A stretch of DNA of 64,000 nucleotides from Trichoplax adhaerens (Eukaryota > Animalia > Placozoa): NCBI RefSeq assembly GCF_000150275.1, contig NW_002060946.1, positions 5,227,454 to 5,291,453 on the forward strand, written 5' to 3'. The notes beneath the pieces were generated by a model, which saw nothing but the letters and a program-made list of their open reading frames with translations, was not told the origin of the DNA and searched no databases. This document shows positions 41,437 to 54,436 of the stretch, piece by piece. How positions within the stretch are numbered: the stretch's first letter is position 1; the number at the start of each line of letters is the position of its first letter. Both the position numbers and the translations under genes were made by a program.

Positions 41437-41842
41437 TTATTAATTCCTTAATGATAGGATTAAAACTGCATAGAGCATCAAAATGAATTCTCCAATCATA
41501 TAGTAAATATTCTAGAAGTACATTTAGTATTGATTTTGAAATTATATCCATTATTTGTAAGCATACGAGTATGTTCATGTCTAGTAGCTTATTAATTCTT
41601 TAATGATAGAATTAAAACTGTATAAAGCATCGAAATGAATTCTCCAATCATAAAGTACATATTCTACAAGTACATTTAGTATATTCATGACTATTAATTC
41701 CTTAATGATAGAATTAAAACTGTATAGAGCATCGAAATGAATTCTCCAATCATACAGTAAATATTCTAGGAGTACATTTAGTATTAATTTTGAAATAATA
41801 TCCTTTATTTGCAAGCATACGAGTATGTGCATGTTTAGTAGC
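41437..41842. repeat. Tandem repeat, ~152-bp unit (2 full and 1 truncated copy)
   Basis: tattaattcYttaatgatagRattaaaactg occurs at ~41438, 41590 and 41692. Confidence 0.9.
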
Positions 41843-44800
41843 TTTCGTAATACTGTACGTTTAGGGTGCAATGTGTATACCAGTTTTCCATAATGAAACA
41901 ATCGTGATTTCTTACTGTCTTTAGACCTTTTTGCCAGTATTTTAACACTCTAATGAGCATCAAAATGAAGTGCTCTCCAGTATCAGATGATGTGGGTGAT
42001 GAATCGGCGATCAAAGTAACTTCAACATTACTATTAACATGTTAATCGACTACACGGCATTTTATTACCGGCAATCATAACATCCATTACAACAGACCGA
42101 AAGTAGAAAGCAACCTACATGTTCCGAAGTATATAGGAAAGAATGTGAACTGCCTTTCTATTCATACTGTGACATGACATATCCTAATCCCCTTATTTAT
42201 TTAGAATGATATCTAGTCCCCGATTTAATACTGGGAATATCTTTGACACTTCTACGGTATACCCGTATATCGTACATCGTTTATTCACTGTCAACATGGA
42301 TTTGACGTACAGAACCACATTGTTCTGCATAAAAGTATACCCGAATTCTGGTTAAATAAATAAATACGACCGACGGGTATAAATATAAGTGAATATCAAA
42401 AAAGACCGAAATTGAATCATCTTTATGAAGTTGAAAAATCAACGATCCAACAAACATTCTTTCTTTTCTTTAATCAATTATGCAACATACAACAAGAATT
42501 GATTGCGATTTGCCCATATTTACACATTTTAGCAATGCTATGCACGTATATATAGGCTATTGACCAATACTAATACTAAGCGTAGACTTACCGAACGCTG
42601 ATACGTTAAATTGTCAACCTGGGTAGCGAGTATAGTTAACGAACAAGATTCTATTTCATATAAATCCATATTAAAGGTTAAATTGATGAAGCTGTCGCAG
42701 AAGTTCTTTTATTTTTAATAAAAGATTTTACTTCAGCGAAGAGACATTTTTTGTCTTTAGTAGACTACGGCAGTTTCGCTAAGTTATAGTGATTAGAAAT
42801 AATTACTAGTCTCCGACGTAGAACGAGCCATTCAATTAAAAGGGAAAATTGTCTATGTCATAGCTATGGTCGTGACATGAGCACTGCTTATACTCTTGTA
42901 TTTCCATAAACGACAGTACTGTGCGAATCACTTAAAAGCGTCAATACTGTAATTTCTGATCACATAATTAAAATTCGAATCTCTAACAAAATCAAGTTAA
43001 ATGAAAAATTAAAGGTGCTTCCAGTAATTTATGAATCCAAGAAGTTTTATATCAAAAAGCCATCCGGTGCCGTTATCTTGAAATAGTTAAGTGCAAATCT
43101 TATCTCACACTTTAAGTAATCGCATCCATATCACCTCGTCATCTAAGTAGATGTTAAATGTTCACTAGCACTTTTACTATACGTTATGGCTATAGTTGAC
43201 AACCTGTGGCGGTGGTCGTATGAAATAGTATGTGGAAAAGTACTCGCGTAAAATTTCCTGCATCAACTCTTGTCTAAGGATTCGGGTAATACCAGTGCAA
43301 AACTTCCATCTAAGAGAACTAAAAACCCTGGTAAATCCTTACTTACTAGGTCGAATTCATAGCTTTTAAGATTGCGGTATTCGTCATGTTATCCCATTTT
43401 ATTTGACTCTCTAATGCTCTGTAATATTGTGATCAAAGTATGACATTCTCAAAAATCATTTAACCCTTTCACTTCGTTCTTTAGATTTAGTACAGATCCA
43501 AGCAGCCATTACAAAAATCTGAATTAATAGCTACAACTTGGAATTAATAACAAAAATCCTAGTACTGTAATAAATTATCTAGGACAGCAATGTATTTACA
43601 CCATTTTATAACCAAAGTGAGTAGATCGTTTTATTTCCCAGCGAGATTAAGCAAATTTAAAGTGTTAGGCAATAGAAACTTATCAATTAGAAATAGCATA
43701 CTTTGCTAGATTAACTTGCACATCCATGATGAAAAATTGATTAAGCATCGCTAACTAGAACGTTCTAATAAAAAAAATTAAAAACTCATATTATCACCCA
43801 ACGTAGGGTATTGATGGGATCCTATACACTGTAATTAGAACCCTCGTCAGCCAATAGTGGTATGGATATGGCTCCAGCCTTCGCATTACCTTTTAGCACT
43901 CGCTTATTATTAACTGTACAAGTATGTGAAGAAAATGTTTTAAGAAATCCAAGCCGTAGTAGAAACATTTCCTTGCCGATGTTCAATGACGATCTATTAT
44001 TTAATTAAATTTCTACTTTATAGAAGTATTAAATTAAGTGTTTAACAGATATTCTTTTTTAATACATGCGATAATGTTGATTGTTAAATTCTTTCGTTTG
44101 TGGCTAGAAAATTTAAATATGTAAATAACCGGAAATATAACATCTACGCTGAATCCGCACTGATTTAAGTTGACAATAAAATGCCCGGTTTGTAAGCTTC
44201 AAAACAGTAGAATCGATGTTTCTAACATACAGTCCCTCATTCTTACTTAGAATACTGGCACGCATTCCTAAATGAAAATGATAAAAAATGTATTCCAGAC
44301 TATATATTAATATGCAATTGGAGTGCTGTCATATTATGATGCATCACTCAAAATTGCCTACTATAAAAATTATACCTGTGAGTAATTTACTATTTAAAAA
44401 TGTCAATTAATGCTGATGCAAAAAATTGTTATTGAAACGATTAATAAAGCAAAGCTTGACATCCGTCTTTGATACTTAGCAACGGTCAAGATGATATTGA
44501 ATGGTTGGAAAGCTAATTATGAAATTTAATCTTCTTTAATTTCAATAAATTGACGAAGTTCACGCTGATATAATTACATTCGATATTAAGATGATTTACT
44601 CCTTTCATCTCATCCATGATTTCAACCACGTTGAATATTTTTAAGAATAAATAATATAATGGAGACATCTAGCACAATTAATCGTGATCATTATCAATAG
44701 ATTCAGGAGGGGCAAATTATATTCTTGCATATTTAAGTGCTATTGTTGGTATCAATAACAAGCTACCAAGTAGATCCTCGCAGGTAACAACTTGGAAATC

Positions 44801-45228
44801 AATTAGAATAACAAAGGTAGCAATGTTAGGAGTGACGTTTTTTAATTAGATTAATCGATCGACAACATGTAAATAGAAAAGAGGTCTATTTATCTCTATT
44901 TCAAGTGCAATCCACTGTATATTATACAATACAAGTAGACTAGGACAGCAACGTAATAATATCATTAATTAGTATAAATTCAATATACCATAAGGCGGTT
45001 GTATTTGTGTCTATAGTGATCATAGTAATTGACTACCAGTAATGTAAAACTCGACCAACGATAACAACGACGACTTGGATGCCTGGGAATAGAGATAGTA
45101 CTGTAATTAGATAAGTTGTCTTCTTTAATATCATCCAACAGACTTTTTTAATTTGGTAGTATAGGATTCATGCAGTCTTGAAAAGGATTAACGTTATCTA
45201 GTCTATCGACAATTAAAAAGGGAACGTT

Positions 45229-48200
45229 ATGGTGGCAGAAGAAGATAGTGAGTTTGACGATTTTATGTTAGACATTTTGTTCGATGCGCAAGATGTTAAG
45301 AATGAATTGTGTGCTAAAGTTGCTCAACAACACGAGAGTAGAATCGCGGAAAATGGCCATCCTTGGTCACACTATGTCATCGGTAGGATGCTTTTTGAAG
45401 GCGTCCATCCATTCCACAAAAATGCCCATAAAGCTTTTGTACATATGACAATAGCAGCGGAGAAAAAAATCTATGAAGCTTATTGGTATCTATCACAAAT
45501 GTATGGCTATCGCCAGCAGAAAGTTCTTGCCGAATCGACTGTCAAACTTGTTAGCAGTCACAAAGCTATGTTGAAAATACAACTTCGAATGTGGGCAAAA
45601 TCGGCGATAGCTGGTCCTTATTTTTATTCTTTCTATTCATTGAAACAATTTAGTGATGATACTAAATCGTCTGCATTAGCGGCTAATGCCTATTGCGAAG
45701 TAATATCCAAATTATGTACCAAAATTAATGTCTTTAAGTTATGTAACCCTACCCCAACTGAACAATTGGGTCAGCATTACTTTGAATTAGCATGTTTACT
45801 ACTTTATACTGATGTCGATGACGAAGGGTTCGCTAAAAGAGTAGCTATACGATTGAAAATGTCGAAAATTGCCCGTGAATTACACGATGGTAATATCGAT
45901 CGAGATTGGACAGATCATTACGATGATATTAAAAAGATACTACCAGCAGTGACTATCGAATGCTTAATTAAAGCTGGTGAAAATGGGTGTCCTGCTGGAT
46001 TTTATTATTTACGCTATTTATATTGTCAAGATACTCAACTAATTTTATCACCCGAAGCCAATTATCACGCCATACAATTTCCTTGCCAAGTGGAAGAAAA
46101 TCGTACAGTAGCCTTTACTTATTTAAAACGTGCAGCAAGCGGTGGTCATCCTATGGCGCAATATGAAATTATTATTCGTGGTGATAGCAAATATCCCTAT
46201 CGCTATTTATTCGCTGGTATCTCATTAAGTGTACTATCAACCTATTTAGAAAGTCTATGTAATTATGGTTATAAACAAATTCTATTACTACTGGCTACAT
46301 GTTACTTTCGCGGAGTTGGTATTACAAGGGATAAGAAAAGGGCTCTAGATAGTTTAGAAGAAATGTTACTAGCGCCAAATATAGTTTATTTTCCCAATAT
46401 TATTGATCAAACACAGCATCAAGAATTAAGTCAAGATTTGCTGGAGCATAATATTTATGGCATTGCTGGATATCAATCACCAACACCAGTTCGTTGCTTC
46501 AACGGTAGCTTTGACAAATTTGATTACTTAACACCCTATCACTACTTTCTACTAGCATTTTTTTATGAACGTGGCTTAGGTATAACAAATCAAGATGAGA
46601 AAGCAGCTTCATTTTATCGCTTAAGTTATGAACTAATAGAGAAATTTTGTTATAATGACCAAGATCATTTCGTCCATTTCTATGGTATTTCACGCGGATA
46701 TTCTCTACTATCGTTATGTCGTATTGGTAAAATGATCGAAGGAGAAAAAATTGATTGTGACAATTTAACTTTAGCTGAAGAATGCTATAGACGAGCTTTA
46801 ACAACCCACATTTCAACGAATAAAGTATTACAATTTGCATATGCTTACTATCGACTGGGTAAATTTTATTCTAATCCTGATCATGGACAATACCGCAGTT
46901 TAGCTAAATCCTATTATAATTTCGATGAAGTTCTTTGCGTTGATCCTAATCAACCAGATTTATTTCGTAATTATTGCAGTTATTATATGGGAAAAATTTA
47001 TGACCAAGGTTTAGGTGGTGGAGAAGTCAACCATAGATTAGCAGCAATGAATTATTCCGGGTTGGCTGGTGTTATTAATGCGCATTTCCATCCATACTGT
47101 GATATTTACTTTACTTACATGCAGCAAAAAGCCAAGACCAGGATTAAATCAGAAGGTAAATCAATTTCAAAATTGTCCAACCTTTACCTGATATTGTTGA
47201 TCAATAATTTGACTATAGTTGTAATATTAAAGTCGATAAATTGAAAGTAGCATACTGCTTACGTTGATGAATGACATAATTACTGAAGAAAAGTTTGAGG
47301 CTGCAGCATTTTCTAATATTGATCGAAAATTAAGGTTGTACAGACAATTTACATACTACAATTAGATATTGCTTGTAAATCTGTAAACTTGAGGTTGGAA
47401 TAGTAATAAAAAATACGTATAGATAGACAATCCATAGACGAAACCATTCTTAAAACATTACACTTTATGAATCTTACAAGTGATGGCAACGAGACGCTGC
47501 AGTCCAATTTACTTTCAACTAGTCCATTAGCAGACGCAGTAATAGTATCAAGGTACAATATCAGCTATAGTCTAGCTACGATACTTTTTTAGCTGTCAGA
47601 ATACAGCTTCTAATGCATCTAACGTTCATAGATAAAATTTGGTTGTTAAAAAATGCAATTCAATTAACATTGATCGTTATTCCATCCATTCTGCTCGAGA
47701 AATAATCTATTTCTTCTAAATGTATTTTTAGTTCCCTTGGAAATCTTGCAGAAAGGGAAAAACGTTATTGCAACGTATGAAAAAGCATGCAAATATGGTA
47801 CTAGTACCATGGATGTTGTGCGAGTTCTCATTTTTGGAGTGGAAAACGTTGGAAAAACATCATTGCTGAAATCACTCATTGGTGAGGAAACAAAAACAGA
47901 CCAGTTACCAACAATCGACATTGATACTTCTAGAAGTGTAGACAGCTCAGATTGGGACGCTGATGGAAATATTAAGGAAGGTTGCCGCTATGATGTTGAG
48001 CGAGACGTTAGTACCGGAAGCGGGTACAATACTGATTCAGGTAATTTTGAAATAACATGGTAAATTATGATGTTAAGGAAATTTATCGGTCATGTTAGGT
48101 TATTTTGATATTTACAGCTGCGCTTTACATTAAAATAAAACTTAAAGTTACCTTCAATATGATCTGGCGAATGATTTAATCATGAAAATACTATTTACAG

Positions 48201-50329
48201 TTAATAACATCCTATTTGCAGCAATATTACTGTTACTTTTCATGCTCAGTAAATATTTTCAAACAAGCAATTTCTTACAAATCACCCATATTTAATCATT
48301 TCCACAGATGAAGAAGTTGTTATGGCTGCAGGCAAAAGAAACGGTGTAATTGAAAATGGCGATACGATGCACTCAGGAAATCAGATACAAAATCATAGTG
48401 ATGAAGATAAAAATAATAAGAATATTTCACATAAATCAGATAAATCACAGACTCAACAGGGTGTGAAGAATGATGCAAATTCTGGTCATCTCTTTATTGA
48501 AGCTGGGATAAGTGGAGGAAAAGGTCTGTTGAAAACTGTTTTAAGAAAAGGTATGGCAGAAAAATTACGAGCCACATTACAACAAGCTAGTGATAAACAA
48601 AAGAGCAATGCAAAACAAAGTGATGAGCAAAGATCTCGAAGTCGTTCATTGCAAACTAAATCGAAATCAAAGAAACATAGGAGTACAAGTGCCCATGAGA
48701 TGCCATCTGAACCTCGTGAAAGAAAATATTCATTGCAAGGCAATATTCGCAGTAATAGCCGAGGAAATAACGATCGATGTAAAACACCACCCTTGACAAA
48801 AGAGGAAAGTGGAATGCAATTGAAATTTTGGGATTTCAGCGATAGCTTTGAATACTATACAACCAAGTTATCATCACGTAGCTCTATCTATATCCTCGTT
48901 TTTAATGCAGCCAAGCATATAGAAGAAATGATTGAAAAAAGAGACGGTAGTCACGATATCTATACGTATTTGGATAAGATGACGACTTGGCTTCAGTCCA
49001 TACATTTACATACGTTACGAGAAGAGGATTGCATATTAGGGAATGATTTATCGTTTTCACCTCCAGCAATTATCCTTGTTGGTACTCATGGTGATGAAAT
49101 TCAAATTGAAAACGAAGAGGAAAGAACAAATAAAATAAATCAGATGTACGCTGAGATCATGGGTGCTTTAGAAGANNNNNNNNNNNNNNNNNNNNNNNNN
49201 NNNNNNNNNNNNNNNNNNNNNNNNNNNNNNNNNNNNNNNNNNNNNNNNNNNNNNNNNNNNNNNNNNNNNNNNNNNNNNNNNNNNNNNNNNNNNNNNNNNN
49301 NNNNNNNNNNNNNNNNNNNNNNNNNNNNNNNNNNNNNNNNNNNNNNNNNNNNNNNNNNNNNNNNNNNNNNNNNNNNNNNNNNNNNNNNNNNNNNNNNNNN
49401 NNNNNNNNNNNNNNNNNNNNNNNNNNNNNNNNNNNNNNNNNNNNNNNNNNNNNNNNNNNNNNNNNNNNNNNNNNNNNNNNNNNNNNNNNNNNNNNNNNNN
49501 NNNNNNNNNNNNNNNNNNNNNNNNNNNNNNNNNNNNNNNNNNNNNTACGAGAAAAGATATCGCTTTAGCTGTGATGCAACATCTTGACTTAATTTGTCAG
49601 CAAAGCAGTCAAGCAGAAAGTAAAGAATCGGGTAAAGAAACTAATGCTAAAGGGCGGCATAAAGATAAAGCCAAGTATTATTATGCGCCATGTACCATGA
49701 GTAACATTAGTTTGCCAACAGATGAGGAATTATATCCACAAGATTGCATACAATCTGTTTGGTTAAAGATAAAGTTCAAAGATGAAATACCTGATATTAC
49801 ATTTTATCGTTTACTAACATGTTGCTTACGGAAATGGAATACCAACCCCAAGCTATATAGAAATTGCGTTATCTATTCCATAGCTACGCAAGTTTCTTTA
49901 ATAATAAAAAAAGAAGGCATTCATGTTGGATTACAGATATTATTTCGTCCAGTGAATAAGAATGAATCCAAACGAGAAATTGATGATAAAATGATTACCA
50001 ACGGGATTGGAATTGCAGCACGAGTTCATGTTGAAAAACAACTTGTAAAATTGCTTAAAAAATGGAATGCTAGCATGAAAAAACAGTATTCACTTTATTT
50101 TTTATGTCCATGCATTTGTCAGACTAATCAAGATCATCTTGACGATGAAATGAAGCAAAAAGTTTGCAATAATTTTATTAATCTAGGCAATGTTATCAAC
50201 ACCTTAGAAGCAAGTAAAGATCAAAAAATTCAGTACAAAGACATCCATTGTGATAATTGCAATCAAGCATTCAGTAGCATGAATTATTTAAAATTTTGGT
50301 TTAAATTGCCTGATGAAAATTTGCAATAG
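45229..50329 (+). CDS. Sel1-like repeat - Roc - COR (Roco-family) protein; exons 45229-47155, 47732-48040, 48308-(gap)-50329
   Basis: SLR motifs: YLKRAASGGHPMAQ, LATCYFRGVGITRDKKRA, LAFFYERGLG, MGKIYDQGLG. Phase-1 splices join these to VPLEILQKG..., P-loop GVENVGKTS, WDFS...IYILVFN and IILVGTHGD. A COR-like C-terminus follows (YYAPC...PDITFYRLLTCC). An in-frame stop lies upstream of ATG 45229. Confidence 0.8.
49176..49545. other. Assembly gap (370 N) inside the Roc-COR coding region
   Basis: Run of n. Confidence 1.
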
Positions 50330-51944
50330 TAATTTATTAGCATGCCTGTGCTCTACCAAGTTAAAATTGAATTAGTACGCAAATAGAGGCAATTAATGTA
50401 AAATTATCCTGCACTATTGTTTCTCTATTCCAAAATGCTATATAATATATTTGTGATTAATATTATTATAGTGCATATCAATATTGTACTAGCAAGCAAC
50501 TGATGGCCGCCGGTTCATATTTGTGTATGTACGCGTATAAAACGGTAATAAATTATCCATTAATGATGTGAATACGCACCACGGTGCTTGATATTCAACG
50601 AACTTGATTTTGCTTGACGAAGGCAAGGACTACTGCACTAGAAATATCGCTTTTATTATCGAATAGTCCATGACGGAGGCCAAAATAGGTGGTATTACTA
50701 AACTCTAGCTTTAACTTACGATTGTGTTCCATTTTGAACACTTTACCAGTTATACCCGCACTCAACTGCAACATTATATACTATACGCAAATATTGAGTA
50801 GCGATGGAAATGAAGTAGAAACTGAAAGAAAACTTGAATAGTGGACTATTGATCTATCATTAATGAATAAAGTAGTTACAGTACAGACTCCACTTCATCT
50901 TGCACAAGCAGATTAATTTTATAATGTGAAATTGGCTCCATGATACCAAAATGACTACTTGAAATTCTAATGTAATTGACAAGCTCAGTTAAGAATATAC
51001 CGTTTGAAAGTTTTCATCCCTTTTATTTCTTTCTCGTATATTCAGCTTCAAAGAAACCTCCACTCAGCAGGTTTCGTATAGAAAGTAAAGGTTACAGCTT
51101 GATGGCGCATTAAACTCCTAAAGTACAATCTCTACGTCGAGTAACATTTCTTACGGGAAGTTTTGAACGATATCACGTCCAATTCCCTCTGTTGTTCCAC
51201 TGCGAATTGTATTGAATTATTATGATTTAGTTCATTACTTAGGTTAGCATCGTACTGAAGCAATTTCTAATTTCGTTTGCTTGCATATTACAGATTCATT
51301 AGTGATGATAAAAATCAAACTATTAGAATAAGAACTAGTAATTCTGATGATGTATCATCTTATTACGTCAACTTGGTTCGTCTAATAAATTACAGTATGT
51401 TCAGCCTACAACTGTAGCTACCGCATAATTCTCTCTGTGTCATCGTTACTTACTTTCATAGAGAGAAACGAAACGATGACCGAGAGGGAAGGCATAACAA
51501 TTAATTAGTGATTAGAATTAGTGAAAATTACACTTCAAGCTTCTCGCAGAAATTATGAAGGATTTCGCTATCATCGCCTTTAAGCTCTTTAGTGACATTA
51601 AGAAATAATACAGGAAAATTTGCATCTAGTACAATAGTAAATCATCCATTGCATGGAGTTTTTTTTTTTCGCCTGGCCCTCTGGTCATCAATACCAGGAA
51701 CTTCTAAAAAGAGAAAATTCCTGTCCAAAGTCCCTATTAACATGCTATCCTCTGCTCTCAATACCAGTGTGGTTTTACTGTGCTTTCAACTGACGTGAGC
51801 ATGAGTAATGGGGTTACTATGACTGAGTTCTATCTATGGGAAGAAAAAGTCTTTTTTCTTTTACCTCTACCGGGCCGCGGCTAAAACCTATCCAACCAAC
51901 AGTTGTATACTGGTTGAAAGGTGTTCAGCTATAGTGCAGCTTTT

Positions 51945-54436
51945 AATATCTGATATTTTCTTGTACCTCTCTATGGCTAGTAGTACTATCAGCGATTATT
52001 AACGTACTACCATGAACTTGTAGAAATTATACAGTATATCTGATAATTTCTTGTATCTCTCTATGGGTAGTAGCACTATCGGTGACTAATAAAGAGCGAG
52101 CATGAACTTGTATATGCCTACAGTCCATGTAAGGGTCTGGGCAATTACATGGACCGTCACATATACATATATATCTGATATTTTCTTGTATCTCTCTATG
52201 GGTAGTAGTACTATCAGCGAGTACTAAAGAGCGAGCATGAACTTGAATGCTGTACATATATATCTGCTATTTTCTTGGAACTCTCCATGAGTGGTAGTCT
52301 ATCAGCGCGACTGCTAAAGAGCTAGCATGGACTTGTAGAAATATACTGTACATCTAATATTTTCTTGTATCTTTCTATGAGTAGTAGTACGATCAGCGAT
52401 TGCTACTAGCATGAACTTGTAGAAATAAACACTCTATCTGATATTTATTTTCTTGTATCTCTATGGGTAGTAGTACGATCAGCGATTGCTACTAGCATGA
52501 ACTTGTAGAAATAAACTGTATATCTGATATTTTCTTGTATCTCTATGGGTAGTAGTACGATCAGCGATTGCTACTAGCATGAACTTGTAGAAATATACAG
52601 TATATCTGATATTTTGTTGTATCTCTATGGGTAGTAGTACTTGTAACGAGGTCAAGAATCTGAGACTTTGAGCTTTCCTTTAGTCTACTTTATTGGAAGT
52701 ACATGCCAAGCGCGATATCATACACACGTTAACTAGACGTAAGAACTGTGACAACAAATCAGCTCTAGTACGAACATAACTTTAATACCATATCCTAATG
52801 CAGGTGAACATTTATAACATATGATCTTAATCTAGTATAGTAGATAAGCCGTAAATAGTATTGTACGATATCTAGGATTGCCTACGAACTACAAGGTAAC
52901 AAGCAGAGTTTACAGAGCGAGCATGGACTGGTAGAAATATTTATCTGATATTTTCTTGTATCTCTTTATAGGTAGTAGTACTATCAGCGAGTAAAGAAGT
53001 AGCATGGACTTGTAGCCATATGCATCTGATACTTTCTTGTATCTCTCTATGGGTAGTAGTACTGTTACGGCGTACTATCAGCAACTGCTAAAGAGCGAGC
53101 ATGGACTGATAGAAATATGTATGTGATATTTTCTTGCATCTCTTTATGGGTGGTAGTAGTACTATCAGCGAGTAAAGAAGTAACATGGACTTGTAGCCAT
53201 ATGCATTTGATATTTTCTTGTATCTCTCTATGGGTAGTAGTGCTATCAGCAACTGCTAAAGAACTAGCATGAACTTGTAGAAATAAACACTATATCTGAT
53301 ATTTTCTTGTATCTCTATGGGTAATAGTACGATCAGCGATTGCTACTAGCATGAACTTGTAGAAATATACAGTATATCTGATATTTTGTTGTATCTCTAT
53401 GGGTAGTAGTACGATCAGCGATTGCTACTAGCATGAACTTGTAGAAATAAACTGTATATCTGATATTTTGTTGTACCTCTATGGGTAGTAGTACGATCAG
53501 CGATTGCTACTAGCATGAACTTGTAGAAACGTACAGTATATCTGATATTTTGTTCTATCTCTTTATGGATAGTAGTACTATCAGCGACTGCTAAAGAACT
53601 AGCATGAACTTGTAGAAATATACAGTATATCTGATATTTTGTTCTATCTCTTTATGGATAGTAGTACTATCAGCGACTGCTAAAGAACTAGCATGAACTT
53701 GTAGAAATAAACACTATATCTGATATTTTCTTGTATCTCTCTATGGGTAGTAGCACTATCGGTGACTAATAAAGAGCGAGCATGAACTGGTATATGCCAA
53801 CGGTCCATGTAAGGGTCTGGGCAATTACATGGACTGTCACATATACATATCTATCTGATATTTTCTTGTATCTCTCTATGGGTAGTAGTACTATCAGCGA
53901 GTACTAAAGAGCGAGCATAAACTTGAATGCTGTGCATATATATCTGCTATTTTCTTGGAACTCTCCATGAGTGGTAGTCTATCAGCGCGACTGCTAAAGA
54001 GCTAGCATGGACTTGTAGAAATATACTGTACATCTGATATTTTCTTGTATCTTTCTATGAGTAGTAGTACGATCAGCGATTGCTACTAGCATGAACTTGT
54101 AGAAATAAACTGTTTATCTGATATTTTGTTGTATCTCTATGGGTAGTAGTACGATCAGCGATTGCTACTAGCATGAACTTGTAGAAATATACAGTATATC
54201 TGATATTTTCTTCTATCTCTTTATGGATAGTAGTACTATCAGCGACTGCTAAAGAACTAGCATGAACTTGTAGAAATATACAGTATATCTGATATTTTCT
54301 TCTATCTCTTTATGGATAGTAGTACTATCAGTAACTGCTAAAGAGCGAGCATGGACTGGTAGAAATATGTCAATGATATTTTCTTGCATCTCTTTATGGG
54401 TAGTAGTACTATCAGCGAGGAAAGAAGTAGCATGGA
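51945..54436. repeat. Large minisatellite, ~80-89 bp unit, >20 copies, with higher-order duplication and a unique insert (~52625-52905)
   Basis: Unit tatctgatattttcttgtatctctctatgggtagtagtactatcagcga...agcatgaacttgtagaaat. The block at ~52036-52430 is repeated 1680 bp downstream. Confidence 0.97.

Noticed and set aside
41387-41901. Repetitive minus-strand ORFs (LLYDWRIHFDAL)
   Set aside because: They derive from a 152-bp tandem repeat, with stops between units and no recognisable domain.
45229-47244. Bacterial contamination as the source of the SLR ORF
   Set aside because: It has a splice donor in phase with downstream exons, host-like AT content and no operon context.
47423-47552. Possible extra exon in Roco intron 1
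   Set aside because: The frame is open, but the available donors give phase 0 or 2, incompatible with the phase-1 next exon. Direct splicing already works.
49176-49587. Apparent frameshift between the Roc ORF and the COR ORF (pseudogene?)
   Set aside because: The frame change falls across a 370-N gap of estimated length, so it is uninformative.
51945-54436. CRISPR-like reading of the repeat array
   Set aside because: Units are contiguous with no unique spacers, there are no cas genes, and the context is eukaryotic.
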